A stretch of 64,000 bases of DNA from Octopus sinensis (GCF_006345805.1 NC_043006.1:53134001-53198000); one strand, 5' to 3'. Positions 50,060-63,857 are shown, numbered from the stretch's first letter. The notes: generated by a model from the letters alone, not told the origin. Program-made: numbers and translations.

Positions 50060-50710
50060 AGATAAAGGAATGAGGCACAAGGCCTGACATTTTCATGGAA
50101 GGGCCTAGTCAATTATATTGACCCTGAAAGGTTAAAAAGGAGAAGTCAACCTTGGTGGAATTTGAACTCAGAATGTACAGATACTGATTCTAACAGCTCA
50201 CCCCCTTGACAATGATGAAAATAATAATCCTTTCTTATTTTGGCACATGGCCAGCAATTTTGGTGGGCGGGGAAGTCAGTTACATCAATCCCAGTGCACC
50301 AACTGGTACTTATTTTATCAACCCCGAAAGAATGAAAGACAAAGTCAACCTTGATGGAATTTGAATTCAGAATGTAAAGTCAGAAAAAATGCTGATAAGC
50401 ATTTTGTCCAGCACAGTAATAATTCTGCCTACTTGCTACCTTAACAGTAATAATAATAATAATAATAATAGTAATAATAATAATAACTATAATAATCCTT
50501 TCTGAAGGATTTCACAAGGCCTGAAATTTGGGGGAGGAGACTAGTTGATTACATCAACCCCAGTGTTTCACTGGTACCTTATTTATCGACCCCAAAAGGA
50601 TGAAAGGCAAAGTCAACCTCAGCAGCATTTGAACTCAGAACGTAGCAACAGGTGAAATACCACTAAGCATGTTGTTCAGCATGCTAACAATTCTGCCAGC
50701 TCACCACCTT
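50060..50710 (-). mobile_element. Three SINE B copies with (AAT)n tails
   Basis: Repeated gaaaggcaaagtcaacc..gaatttgaactcagaa. Confidence 0.85.
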
Positions 50711-52099
50711 CATAATATTAATAACAGTAATAGTAGTAGTAATTAATTAATTAATCACTTAATTAAAAATTCTATACACTAGGCAGTAGTTTTTGTGACT
50801 AGTACTTATTTAATAAATCCCTTAAAGAGGAATGGTAAAGTTGACCTTTGTGGGATTTCAACCAGAATGTGAAGGATATAAACACTGTCAAGCATCTCAT
50901 CCTACACTGTACAGATTCTGGCAACCAGCATCCATTACATTAACAGAAGTTTACAAAGTTATTAGGGAAAAAAAGATATAGCTGTCTAAATTGACTCTAA
51001 TACAATATTTGTAGGGATTTTTTTTTTGTTTGTTTTATCAGCCCTGGATGAATAACAGGCATTGTCAACATCTGCAGGATTTGAACACAGTATAAAAATG
51101 ACATAAACAGAGCTGGAGTATTTACTCCATTGCTCTACTGTTCATGCTACCACTTGACAAACCTACAAAATACTTAGCTATATATCCCTCAGCTCAATCC
51201 CCCTTAAAATTTATATTGACTTTCATCCTTCCCAGGTCAATTAAATGTGTACCAATTGAGTCCTGAAGGTAAATTAAATTGTTTACATTGTTCTTATTGA
51301 TTAAGTAACTTTTGTCTAAGTAATTATTGTTAGATCTACAAATCAATGTTATTATGAACATCTGCTTTTATAATCTATGTTCTTCCGTGATCAATTTTAC
51401 CATTCTTTTGATAAGTGGTTAGCTAAATAATAAGTACTATTCAATTAAATCAACACCCCCTGCTCTTTAAAAATTTTGGCCAAGTGCCAATGTTAAAAAC
51501 CATTATTATAACATCTAATATAATTTGCGTACTTTTTGTTAAGATGTATATCCAGTAACATCTAAAGGCATAGGCACACTGGTTAGTTGGCCAGGGGTTT
51601 CACAGGTACAAGGGTTCAGATCTGATCTATGCAGGCTATGGCACACTGTCAATAAATAAATAAATATAGGGCCCTGCGAACTGATTTACCTGGGAGTCTA
51701 TAAAGCTAAGATGGTCCAGTGTTTAACATTTAACACATCCTAAATGCTATTTTGTTTATGTATTCAATAATTCATATTAAAATTTGGGGCTTCCCCATTC
51801 TTTATTTTGTGAAAAATAACTGCAAGAATTTCTTTCTAAGTTAAATATGGAGCATATCTTGGTATATTTCTATTGTCTAACTGTTACAATGTAGCTGATA
51901 TACACAAATATTCATTCTAAGATTTTTTTTTGTCATTTATTATATATTAAGTCATAAATAAATAATGGTGCTTGTCAGGTGGAAGCTGATCACATTCCTA
52001 GAAGATAATAACTTGTGCTCCATGACATCAAGCATGGCTTCCACTCAGGAAGAAGCTGCCTTACACAACTTCTGCAGCATTATGGCGGGGTGTTATATA

Positions 52100-52760
52100 T
52101 CTTAAACATGGATTGATAAGGTTGATCATGGAATGATATGACACAAACTACAGGGACTCAGCATCTTCAGAAAACTGGGAAAGTGCTTACATGACTTCCT
52201 AAAAGACAGAAGCCAGGTTGTGGCTTCTGAGGAGACAGTGATAGTAAGTTGAGTGGCTTAAGGAACTGTCTTGGAACTGCTTCTGCTTATGGTGGCTCTC
52301 TTGGACATGACATTAGTTACACTACACTGACAGCCACACTTACTAATTATGCCAACTATACAAAAGCAGTACTAGCAGTTAATGAACATTTTGGTGTAAA
52401 TCTTCTGCAGAATGACTTAGATGCCATATATAAATGTGCTGAAGAAAATATGCAGGAAAATTCCAAGCCCTCACCTATCAGCCAGCTTTGGACCAAAAGG
52501 AACAGCAATCCCAGAGTGAAACACAGTGCATGATCTGGGGTTTGGTTTGAGCAATGATACCTCTTTTCATGTACATATCACTAAGATGGTGGCAATGTGT
52601 AGGTGAATGGATGGATGGATTCTGAGAACTCTCAGAACAAGGGACCAGAAAACTATGTTGATTCCATGGAGAACATTTGTCCTCAGCTGTCTAGACTACT
52701 GCATTCAACTAAAGACATTTCCACAATGTAAAATTAATAGCACAACTTGAGGCAGTTCAT
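52100..52760 (+). pseudogene. CR1-like RT remnant
   Basis: DKVDHGMI..LKDRSQVV..(QG)TVLG..LLQNDLDAIYK..DLG....NDTSF.VHI..GWILRT..FVLS.LDYC; many lesions. Confidence 0.8.
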
Positions 52761-53328
52761 CAGATCTAGACTGTGAAGATTTCATCAATAGAATGGCTGA
52801 GTTACAAGGAGAGACTGACAGAATTATGACTCTACTTCTTGGGAGTGAAGGCAGGAGAGAACACACATATGCAAGAATGCACACTCACATACAAATACAT
52901 ATGCACATACATAAACACATAACACACTCTCCTTTTCTTTATCCCTCCCTTTCTCATGTATACGACCATGCAACTACATATATATTAACCAGCCAACAGA
53001 CACATATGATGACAAACTCAGAGTAGAGAGGGTATGTCATTGATGAGGTTGTGAATGGTGGCAAAAGGACTTTAACAAACAACTGATGGATTGGTTAACC
53101 AAGTGATTAAACAAGCAATTGATTAGTTAGTTGGTTAAATGACTAACCAATTGACTAGTAATAAAGAAGTGAAAATGAACCAATGTGTGTGTTTATTATT
53201 AGCATAATGACCCTCCCAAAATGCAATAAAATCAGCTGAGATGTTTTTTATAAAATAAAACCTACAAAATAATATCTATTGAACCGTTACTATTTTTGCT
53301 GACTTTAATGTTTACTGGCTTTTTACAG

Positions 53329-53424
53329 AAGTTGAAAGTAACCTGCTAACTATGTGGCTGAAACTGGTGGCTGTTGGTGTGGTGGCCTACATTATTTACC
53401 AGATGAATGATATGTTTGATCTCA
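53329..53424 (+). CDS. 96-bp coding exon with a single transmembrane helix (EVESNLLTMWLKLVAVGVVAYIIYQMNDMFDL); host gene unidentified
   Basis: Branch point CTGAC at 53299-53303, acceptor ttttacag|, donor A|gtaagt, length divisible by 3, open in phase 1, non-repeat context. Confidence 0.7.
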
Positions 53425-53659
53425 GTAAGTAATATTTCTATTTGTAAATTATTTTGTAGAGTAGCTTGATCTTTCTCCAGAAAATGTTTGCGTGTGCATG
53501 TATGCATATACACGCACTACACATATATAAATGTATTATACATATATACATATCTCAGCCGTGTCCTTGCCCCACTAATGCCCCCCCCCCATCCATGATA
53601 CTAAGCATGCTCTCTGTCTGTTTAACTCTTTTTCCTTCCCTTCTGGCCCCTCTAAATTT

Positions 53660-54900
53660 GTGTTCACTCTTGATATCAAAAGTTTATATACAGTGATCCC
53701 ACACAATGAAGGACTTCTTGCACTCAAACACTTTCTAGAGCTTTGGCTTGACCCTCAACCTGACACCTCTACACTTCTTCGTCTAGCCAAACTTGTTCTC
53801 TCCCTCAGCTGCTTCTCGTTCGCAGGCGATTTTTACCAACAAATCTCAGGAGTGGCCATGGGAATGAGAATGGGCCCCACTATGCGAACAACTAGACTCC
53901 TTTCCCTCTTTTGTCCAATCCTTCCATCCTGCCCTCGAATTCTCCTGCACTACCTCTAACTCTTCCATCAAATTTCTCAACATTTCTGTCAGCATACACC
54001 ATTCCACTCTCACTACCTCCATTTACTACAAATACACTGATTCACACGCCTACCTTAACTTCTCCTCCTCCCACCCTACCCATACCAAAATCTCCATCCC
54101 CTACTCCCAATTCCTCCATCTGCACAGGCTCTGCAGTGACAACCATGACTTTGAGACTCAGTCTCAATTCATGGCACACCATTTCATCCTACGAGGATAT
54201 CCCCTCACCACTACCCACAATGCCCTTGCCAAGGCACAATCTGGACCATGCCTCTGCTCTTTCTCCTCGCATCCACCCTACTGTTGCCCATCTCCCATTC
54301 TCCTCACCTACCACCCCTCCACTCTGCCCCTCCAACACACCATTCTCCAAGCCTTCCAGCGACTCCAGTCTGACCCCGCCACCTCGTACATCTTTCCCAA
54401 TCTACTCCTTTCCTCCTTCACATGAGCCTATAACTTTCATGACACTCTTGGTCCACAGTTTCTTCCTTAATCCCACCTCCCAGCCTGGCTTGTTCCCATG
54501 CTCTCACCCACACTGTCACACCTACCCCTACCTCCCAATACCACAATCCTCACAGGTACCCATCATCATCCCTATCACATCACTGACTCCTTTACTTGCA
54601 CTTCTAGTAATGTCATTTACTGCATCTTCTGATTTTTCTATCCTTCCCTGTACATTGGCCAAATGGAATGCCACTTAGCTGACCAGTTCAAGAAGTGCTC
54701 CAAGACATCAGACTAGTCAATGATACCCTGATCTCACACTATTTCTGCTCTACTGGTCATTTGCTATGATATCTGTCTGATTGGACTGTCTTTGCACAGG
54801 GACCATCCGGACTCCTGCCTTCACTGTGAACAGGAATTAATCTTCACTCCTTTGCACCACATGGGCTCAACTCACCTCCTCTCCTCATCTGATACCAACC
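53660..54900 (+). mobile_element. Second Penelope-like element remnant (RT + GIY-YIG), different subfamily
   Basis: LDIKSLYTVIPHNEG; FYQQISGVAMG..MGP; SFHPALEF..FLNISV..TSIYYKYTDSHAYL..SSHP..SIPYSQFL; CSHPHCHT linker; CTSSNVIYCI..YIGQ. Confidence 0.88.
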
Positions 54901-55495
54901 TCACCTCCTCTCTTCATTTGACACCAAACCCACACCACTCCACACACACTAGCACTGACCACTTCTCAGCACCCACACCATACACCATCATTCACACACC
55001 CACACACAATCTGCAATAGTATCACTACACACACCACTATATGAGCAGCCACACACACTGTATAACTCAGTACACACACACACCATGATGCACACTCCCA
55101 CACCCACACAAGCACATAATACCTGAACACAGACAATATATACACAACATGCAATACACATTAACACGTGCAAAATACATAGACAAAGACAACTTTCACC
55201 AACATACATACACCATACACAAGCACACTGTTTGGTCACAGACACACAGACACACACGTGCACACACCACGTGAGAAAGCACACATCAACTGCTTTCATT
55301 CAACTTCTTTTTTTTCAAATCATTCACCATGCTGAACTCCACATGTTTTTTTCATTTTCTCTCTGTTTATTTTCTCTTATTCCTTTCTGTTGAAGAGTGT
55401 AGGCTTGAAACATAAACTTTATCATTTTTCCTGAGCTAATACACTTGCTTGTTGTATATACACCTGTCTTTGTCCTATGTTTTTCTATAAATTTC

Positions 55496-55527
<32 letters not shown>

Positions 55528-55530
<3 letters not shown>

Positions 55531-55835
55531 GACCCCTTTAGTCATGAATGATCATGGGATTGCACTCAGAAAGTTATCCTCCGAGGCGCATGCCTAGGCA
55601 AGGTTGTTTATGGAAGACCAACAGTCAGCCATACATACCAGCCTCCCCTCTCCATGTTTCTGATATTATCCAAGGGAAAGACAAAGGCTGATACATCTTG
55701 GCACCTGTGACATTGCAACTCATTTCTACAGCTGAGTGAACTGAAGCACCATGAAATGAAGTGTCTTGCTCAAGAACACAACACACAGCCCTAGCCAGGA
55801 ATTGAATTCACTACATCATGATTATGAGCCCAATG
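55528..55835 (-). mobile_element. SINE family D
   Basis: Colinear with 20168-20492. Confidence 0.8.
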
Positions 55836-55853
55836 CAAACACACACACACACA

Positions 55854-55922
<69 letters not shown>

Positions 55923-56329
55923 ATATATTTCTGGGGGTTTTTTTTGGTTCCACAATGGTTGTAATTAATAAGTTTGCTTCTCAGTTAAGTGCTCTTAGTT
56001 CAGTCTCACTGCACAGCACATTAGGAACGTTATTCTGTGACCCTTTGAGCAACTGTACTGTAATCTGTTGAATGACACTAACACACACACACACACATGC
56101 ATTCATATACATGTGCATATGTGTTTATGTGCACATAAGCCTATGTCAGCAAGTATGTGTGTGCACATAAATGTGCATGGAAGCTATGTGCATAAGGATA
56201 TATGTCTGAGGGAAAAGACTGTGTTACAGTGTTTACATTCCCACTGAACATTTATGTTCTGTAGCTCTGTGCCCTTGAAATGATAGAATAAAAAGCTCCT
56301 GTACTAGTAAAACCAGAAAGGGATTGTTT

Positions 56330-56600
56330 GTTCCTTTTTGCGCCATGCCTGGCTCATAAGGGCCGGTTTCCCGGTTTCCTTGGTGTATAGGTTCCTGACC
56401 TGGACGGGATGCCGGTCTGTCACAGGTGAGCTGCAAGAGGAAAGAGTGAGAGAAAGTTGTGGCAAAAGAGTCAGCAGAAGTTCGCCATTACCTTCTGCCG
56501 GAACTGCGTGGAGCTTAGGTGTTTTGCTCATAAACATACACATCACCCAGTCTGAGATTCGAACCTGCAATCCATCGACTGCGAGTCTGCTGCTCTAACC
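56330..56600 (-). mobile_element. tRNA-headed SINE (family C-related)
   Basis: Minus head gtggaggcacatggcctagtggttagagc..gcaggttcgaatctc; body shared with 63770-63858. Confidence 0.75.
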
Positions 56601-57977
56601 ACTAGGCCATGTGCCTCCACAGGGGAGAAAGGACTGACAGCAGAAAGAGCATTCAACCATAAAAATAACAACTCAAATCCTCATCACTATCATCATACAT
56701 CCATCTTCCATGCTTGAGTTGGCTGGTTCAACTGGCTTCAAGGAGTCAGTGAACTATGCTATGCTCTTTTGTTTGCTTAGTCATGTTTACAATGGCTGAA
56801 TGACCTTCCTAACACTAGTCCTTTTACAGTATACTTTTTATGTGGTACAGTATGTTTGCTTTGCAGTGATATGCAGCTTGCAACAATAAGAGCCTAAAGT
56901 GGGCCCTGTAACTGAAGGGTAATAAAAGAGAGGTGAGATGATTCTAGGTGAGATAATGAAGGAGGGTAAAGTAAGATAAGAGTAACAGATTTAGAGTTGT
57001 GAGAGAAGGTAGTGGAGTAAATGATAATGGAGAAGAAATGTGGTTGGAAACAAGAGAATGTGGATTAGTGTCAGCTGTTAAGTGAGAAGGGAAGGACAGA
57101 GTGAAACCGGATATGGTGGGTCCAGGGTTATTTTACATCTTAAGGTTGTGTATGGATGGAAGATGTGATAAAAAAGTGGACAAAAAGAATGTGGACAAAC
57201 AAGAATGATGAGGAATACAGAAGGTCATTGAAGGAAAGAGTGGTATGGAGGTTTATTGAATTAGAGAAAGGGAAGATATGGAGTTATTGAGTGGGTAGAA
57301 AAGCTGTGGAGAGAAGACAGTAAGAGAAAATGAGGCCATGAATGGAAAGGAGTTGCTAAGTGCAAGGAGAGCATTGAGGGAAGATTGTGGGTACCATAGA
57401 TAGAAGAGCATAGTATAAATGCAGAAGAAGCATGCCAGTTGGGAAGACTTAAGAGGGGACAGTTGCAGAAAGGTTTAGGGAGATCAGCTGGTAAATGCAA
57501 TGAGAGCAGTGGGAAAAATAAAGTGTTGAAGAGCACTTTAGAGTTGTAAGGGTGATGAGTGAGATAAAAGTAAATGGAAGTGTTGGATGGCAATAGAGGT
57601 AACCCAGGAAATGTACAGTGGGACAAGTATAACAGGGCAAAGCTAGAACATATTAGGTGGGGAGTGAGGGTGGTCTGGTGCAGCTTCATATAAATGTGAT
57701 TCTTGAGAAGGACGAGGATGGGGATGCTGAGTGAAGTGAAGCAGATGAGATCTAGCCAGGTAGTGGAAATATGAGGGATAAGAGGAACAATGTGAATACA
57801 GAGGGGCAGGAGTGATGAATGCAAAATGAGAAGGCTGTAAAGATAAGCCAAACAGAGCTCAAATGTGTGTGTGTGTGTGTACCATAATTCTAAAACTCTA
57901 CCTTGTATCAAGGTACATTTTGTAAGTAAACAAGTCTTGCATATTACTGCATGTCACCAGTCAGTGTGTGTGTGTGT

Positions 57978-58027
<50 letters not shown>

Positions 58028-58388
58028 CAAAGATTATTTGCCAACATAACATGGGAGTTAAATGTTACTGTTATTTAGTCCAGGAAACATTGTCTCACAC
58101 TATCTGTGTCATATTTTCAAACAAAGGAGTTTAGCATCCCCACTCAGCACAAAACAATATCTGTGTATCTGTATTGTTTTGTGCTGAGTGGAGATACTAA
58201 ACTCCCTTGTTCGAAAATATAAGTACATAGATAGTGTGTTGTATAGCCAGCTGGAGACGATGTTTCCTGGAGCTAAAAATGAGTAACGTTCAACTCCCAC
58301 ATTATGTTGTCAAATAATCTTCACTCTAGAGTACTGTTACTGAATGTCTCTCATTGAGATATTTACAAATAGAAATTTTCTGTTTTAC

Positions 58389-58421
<33 letters not shown>

Positions 58422-59927
58422 TAATTATTATCATCATCATCATAGTTTTAGTGTCAACAGTCCTATGCTTGCATGAATTGGACAAAATTTGTCATGGCAG
58501 ATGCTCTCCTTTCTATTGCCAAACCTCACATGTTTTCAAGCAATGTGATATTTTCCCCTTGTTGCATAGGGACACATCTTTTCAAAGAAAATGTCTTAGA
58601 CTATGTGACATCTAATACATTCTATATCTCCACATCCTGTCCTGGAGAAAGCCAGCTTATTGCTGCTAGGGAATTATAAAATAAATAGTTAAGTTATGAA
58701 TTAAAAAGTGATGAGACAAGAGTATAAAATGCACTAATAGAAAATCATAAGAACCCACTGAATTAAACAGGTTTTAAGAGAATTTAGACAATATGAAAGT
58801 CCTTGAGATAGTCTAGAAAACTTTCACGTATTTAAAAGACTGACAATTATTGAAAGATGGAATTCTAAATAACTGTAATAGCTAGCATGAAGAAGCCAAT
58901 ATACTAAAACCACAAAAAGACAAATTAATGAATTCAACCAAATATAAAGCAATCTAATAGGAAATAAATAAGTTCTAGTTAGTAAAGCAAGATCTTGGAT
59001 GAAACCTGTAGCTTAATGCAAACCACAGGTTTAATTAAACTTCTTGAGAAATCACCACAGCATTCAATAAATTAGTACTATAATATAAAGAAAATTCAGA
59101 GGCCAAATTTTGTACTATCCTGGAAGTAATGATGTGATTGTAAGAGCCAGTATGACTATTGATGATAATCTAAAAATAGGAATTCCATACATTGGCTTAA
59201 TTCTGCAAATGTTCTGGCAGAAAGGGAACATGTAAAGTTAATTGCCCTTGCCTTTCATCTTTTCAAGATTGATAACAATGTAGCAATCCAGAGTGGTGAA
59301 ATCGTAAAACTGTAAGAAGGTTAAGAAAGATGTTTTGCAGTATCTGTTCTAACTCTTTGCATTCTGATAGAAATGCCTGCACCAACGCTAGTGCCAAGCT
59401 GTATTGACCTAAGTTGTTGGCTCTTCCTTTGGATAGACATTGGTGGCATGGAGAAGGGCAGCTTGCATGCATATGCAGCTGACAGTCTTCTTCAAAAGAC
59501 ATATACATCAACAGTGATGGAAGTCTTTGTAGATGTTACTTTCTTGAATTTGAATGTAAAAGTGAAAAGTCAAATTTATCAAGATTTGAGCTCAGAACTA
59601 AATGGGACTAAAACTATACAGTTGAGAGCCTGCTATGGTATTCTATACCATTTCTATCACTCCATTGTTCATTTGCACAAACAGCTAGCTCAGACAAAGA
59701 CTCAAAGAATATAAAAATGTGCTTTTCAGTATGTGGGTAGACTCCTTTCAAGGTGGGAGCCCAGAGATTTGAAAAAGTAGGTAAGATGTATTGCAAATGT
59801 TTAATAAAATTAAGATTAGTTTAAACTTTTTAATTTTGTCCAAAACCAAAGCATAAAAATATGAACAATTATATGGATGAAAATTCTATATTGCCTATGG
59901 GTGGATTTCACTAATATATTTTTGTAG

Positions 59928-59935
59928 GTTGGTGA
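59928..59935 (+). CDS. Candidate terminal coding exon start (would add Ser-Trp-stop to the TM exon)
   Basis: Branch cactaat and acceptor tttttgtag|G; phase compatible with 53424. Confidence 0.2.
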
Positions 59936-60889
59936 ATCCTTGTATTTCTCAATACAATGCAGTTACCAAAAATATGGCATTAACATTGCCCCTAAATAAT
60001 GCTTTGGTAAATAGCTCATTATAGCACTTCTATTACAATATCAAGATTCATTTAGTGAAATTGTGTAAGGGTTAGGGTTAGGTGCAGAAATAAATTTGGA
60101 CTTTAAAAAAACATTTGGGAATAGAATAAGAGATTGTGAACTTTGGCATCCAACCATAAATTCTAGACAAGAAATCATCACTTATGGTTTACTGCATCTA
60201 TGCATGTTACAAAAAATATCATCACAAATAAAAACGAAAGGAAAAACTCATTGTATAGTCTCTTTCTACCAACTAGAACCTAACCCTAAATTATGATATG
60301 CTTCAAGACCACTTATATAAACAACCGGGACACATTCTGCTCATATCATTTATTCATTTGTCATGCTCCCACTTATCATAAGTCCATGAGGTGATGCCAA
60401 AGAAAACATTCTGGTTCATTTTTTTTTTTTACATACACACAGTCATAAATGCATGCACATACACACACATACACACACACCAACTAGATTATGTAATTGG
60501 TGAGAAAGCTATAAGAGTACAGCTCAATGTCTGCTATCGCTAAACTTACTGAGAATAGTTAGTGGGGGAGGGTGTTGAATGAGGTGATGTGATGGTGGTG
60601 GTGGAGGAAGAGGGGACTGCAGTAAAAGAAATAGTGACAACTTCTAAGGAATCTAAAATGGGATTAGGTTGAAAATGGTTGGCACACCCAACTACTTGTT
60701 CCTGTAGGAGGAGGATGGTTGTATGCAAATGAACCCTGCTAAGTAGGGGAATTAGGGAGAAAAGTGGAGCGGAGTGCAGTTACTTAATTGACATACGTCC
60801 TCCATCAGATCACCCGCATTCTACTGGTGTGTTACAAGTTTATTGATTATCATAAACAATAAATAATAACAATAATAATAATAATAATA

Positions 60890-61475
60890 ATAAGGAAATT
60901 AATAATAATATTAATATTAAAAATAATAGTGTTATCATATACATTGTTTTGTCTTGGTATAAAAGATGGACTACAGCAAATATTCTGCTCAATACCACAT
61001 ATTTGCTTGCCAGTTGCTTGACCTTAACCAGTTGAGCATGTCCCTTAGTGGCTGACAACATGTACATCTCTGATCACAAGCATAAGTAGTGGGAGAGCAT
61101 CATAGCCATGTGTTGAGAGGAATTCTTTGGGGTTTGGATAATTCACCTTTGGAAACATGGGTGTTTTATTCAACATCCTTAAACAACCCTTATTCAAGGA
61201 CCTTTTGAGTGAGATGGACTACTCAACCTAAAGAAAATTCTAACTGGGCCCCACCTGCAAGGTCATGCACTGTTTACCTTGATATAAGATCACTATGTCA
61301 CGCACATATGTTTGTGATGCATGTATGTGCCTGGTGTACCCTTATCAGACAGGTAGTCATGATGGGTATACTGGGTTTCATATATTTACCCCAGTGTCAA
61401 TTTGATGGCATGCACTGTTCTTCCAATAATAATAATAATAACAATAATAATAATGATAATAATAATAATAATAAT
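60890..61475. repeat. Unclassified interspersed repeat flanked by (AAT)n tracts
   Basis: Complex ~500-bp block between two (AAT)n runs; recognised as a common octopus repeat from memory only, single copy here. Confidence 0.4.
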
Positions 61476-61685
61476 TCTAGATTTTGGTACAAGGCCAGCA
61501 ATTTCAGGAGATAGGGTAAGTCAATGACATTGACCGCAGTTTTCGACTGGTACTTATTTCATCAACCCCAGACAGATGAAAAGTAACATCGACCCCAGCA
61601 GGATTTGAACTCAGAACATAAAGTCAAATGAAATACTGCAAAGCATTTTGTCCCATGCAGTAACAATTCTCTCAGCTCAATACTT
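61475..61685 (-). mobile_element. SINE family B
   Basis: Reverse complement of B with (AAT)n tail. Confidence 0.8.
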
Positions 61686-61729
61686 TAATAGTAATTATAA
61701 ATTCTTTTATTGGCCTCAAGGGCTTACTT

Positions 61730-62115
61730 AAAGCTTCATGAAGAGACAAAAACAGGACAATACAAATGGGTTTTAAAAGCGTGTAAACAAAAAATAACAT
61801 AGAAAATTAAGCAAATAAAACTCCCAAGGACTATAAAAAGACAACATGCCTGTTAATCAACATGAGTGTATCATCTGATCAAAATGGCTCGTGGAATGAG
61901 TTTCAAAAACTCAGTAAATAAATATCTAATAACTGAAATTGAAAAAATGTAGCATCTTAATGCCTGTACAATACCAGTGATAGTTGGTGCACTTGGAATG
62001 GTAAAAAAGGGATCAGAAAAGTATTTGACCCAGATACATGGAAAGTCAACCATACAAAAAGAGATACAGAAGTTAGTGGTGACTGGCACTGTACATGTCT
62101 TGAAAAAGACATTAT
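61730..62115 (+). pseudogene. R4/Dong-like non-LTR element C-terminal restriction-like endonuclease remnant
   Basis: CLLINMSVSSDQN..EFQKLSK..TEIEKM*HLNACTIPVIVGALGMVKKGSEKYL..EIQKLVVTGTVHVLKKTL matches RLE C-termini (K..KY.DL..EI..MW..PV.IGALG). Confidence 0.75.
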
Positions 62116-62783
62116 TAATTTAAATACCTTGCAAAGACATTTACTATTTGTTTTAAGCCCTTGTGTGAACAATTGTAATCCAATTGATTGTTTAAAGTGC
62201 ATATCAGGGAGACAAACAGCAAAATACCTTGTTAGAAGCCAGTCTTCTAGTTTTCATACTCAAAGGTGCCCATGGGCATCTTTGATGTTGGATCGGGCAA
62301 TAAATCTCCCATGTCTTCTAAACAGTTGTGCATGAGCTGATCACAGATTACTAACATGGTTTTTAAACAAAATTAGGAAACATCTCTTCTTAAATCAATA
62401 CCTTAGTACTCCCTTCTTCTTCATTCAATTCATTCAGTAGTTCTGACAGTTCTTTGCTCTTATGTGAAAAACTGTGATTTGAAAATTCTGACAAAATGGT
62501 TGAGGCATGCTCTTTTTTGTGTGGGGGTGTTTTTTAATGATTTTCATCTTTCTCTCTGTCTCCAGTAGTATGAAACTCCTGCTCCTTTTCCATCACCTTT
62601 TCATTGCTGCTTGACAATGAGGTACCACCAACGGTATTGATTGGAAGAGGAATTCTTTGGTTTCATCATAATCTTTAGTTCAGATGCAAACAGGAGTACC
62701 CTGTGAACATCAGTACCCATGTCCAGCTGTTACTGTTACTGTCAATGCTGTTCTTTCCCTTTTAACTTCTCCAGCTCATCTGT

Positions 62784-62825
62784 ACAGAAAGATCTAAAAT
62801 GACCTTTACTTCTGCATGTATAGCA
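62784..62825 (-). pseudogene. CCHC zinc knuckle, probable LINE ORF1/gag remnant
   Basis: CYTCRSKGHFRSFC = CX2CX4HX4C, preceded by NCFKIGHAC. Confidence 0.6.
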
Positions 62826-62924
62826 GCTGGACTTTATGCAAGCATGGCCAATCTTAAAACAATTTCTCTCTACCTCCATCCCCTATTATGAGGCACCCTA
62901 GAAGCATTTTATGATTTTCAAGAG

Positions 62925-63002
62925 TCCCAGACCCCGGTCGAACCATCCAACCCGTGCTAGCGCAGATAACGGACGTTAAACGATAATGATGATGATGATG
63001 AA
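62925..63002 (+). mobile_element. RTE 3' tail fragment
   Basis: gaaccatccaacccgtgctagc..ggacgttaaacgataatgatgatg. Confidence 0.75.
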
Positions 63003-63539
63003 TGCTCATAGGATACCATCTGACCACATTTTAGCAAATGTCATATCAGCACCAATCACCTACTCACACTGTTCACCCAAAGTTACAATGATCACACTGA
63101 CCAGTATTGTCTAATGATGTCAACTAAAAAACCACACTGACCAGAACAGTCAATTGATGACAGCTAGGAAAACCACCAACGACATTGCCGATGGACCACA
63201 CAATCAACAACATAGACTACAAACCACTTCTGAAGTATATTTTAAGTATCTTTAATTCAGTATATATATATATATATATATAGATAGATATAGATATATT
63301 GAATAAATCCACTTAACAACACGGTTGGAGATAAATCAATTCACTTAATAATGAACAATGCCTCATTGTAAACTGAAAAGTTTAGTTAAGTCAACAGTAG
63401 ACAATACCAAAACTGTTATAGCTCATACTGCATGGCAAGCAAGGATGGGCTGCAATAAACAACAAAATGTGTGAATGTTGAGAAACACTTGAAAATGCTG
63501 TGTAGCTTCCAAATAAATATTGTTTCTTAATTAAACAAC

Positions 63540-63574
<35 letters not shown>

Positions 63575-63585
63575 AACAATGCGAA

Positions 63586-63713
63586 GCATTGTGACCAGCG
63601 ATGTGTAGCAACATCTGATAGCCTGGTCAGTCACGGTGATATATATATATATATATATATCACCGTGACTGACCAGGCTATCAGATGTTGCTACACATCG
63701 CTGGTCACAATGC
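63586..63713. repeat. Perfect 128-bp palindrome centred on (TA)n
   Basis: Arms are exact reverse complements; extends imperfectly to about 63574-63729. Confidence 0.97.
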
Positions 63714-63857
63714 GCTTTGCATTGTTTTAGCCTTCAAATGACGCCATCTCACTGGCTAAGTGAGCAGGCCAACAGAAGAAAGAGTGAGAGGAAATTGTGG
63801 CGAAAGAGTACAGCTGGGATCGCCACCACCTGCTGCAGGAGCCTTGTGGAGCTTTAG

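Noticed and set aside
57000-57911. 216-aa minus ORF in a purine-rich block
   Set aside because: Compositional bias explains the open frame; it may be a decayed retroelement, but no motif is identifiable.
60069-60289. Inverted telomere-like motifs (gggttagggttagg / cctaaccctaa)
   Set aside because: Only about two units each; insufficient for an interstitial telomere or a defined element.
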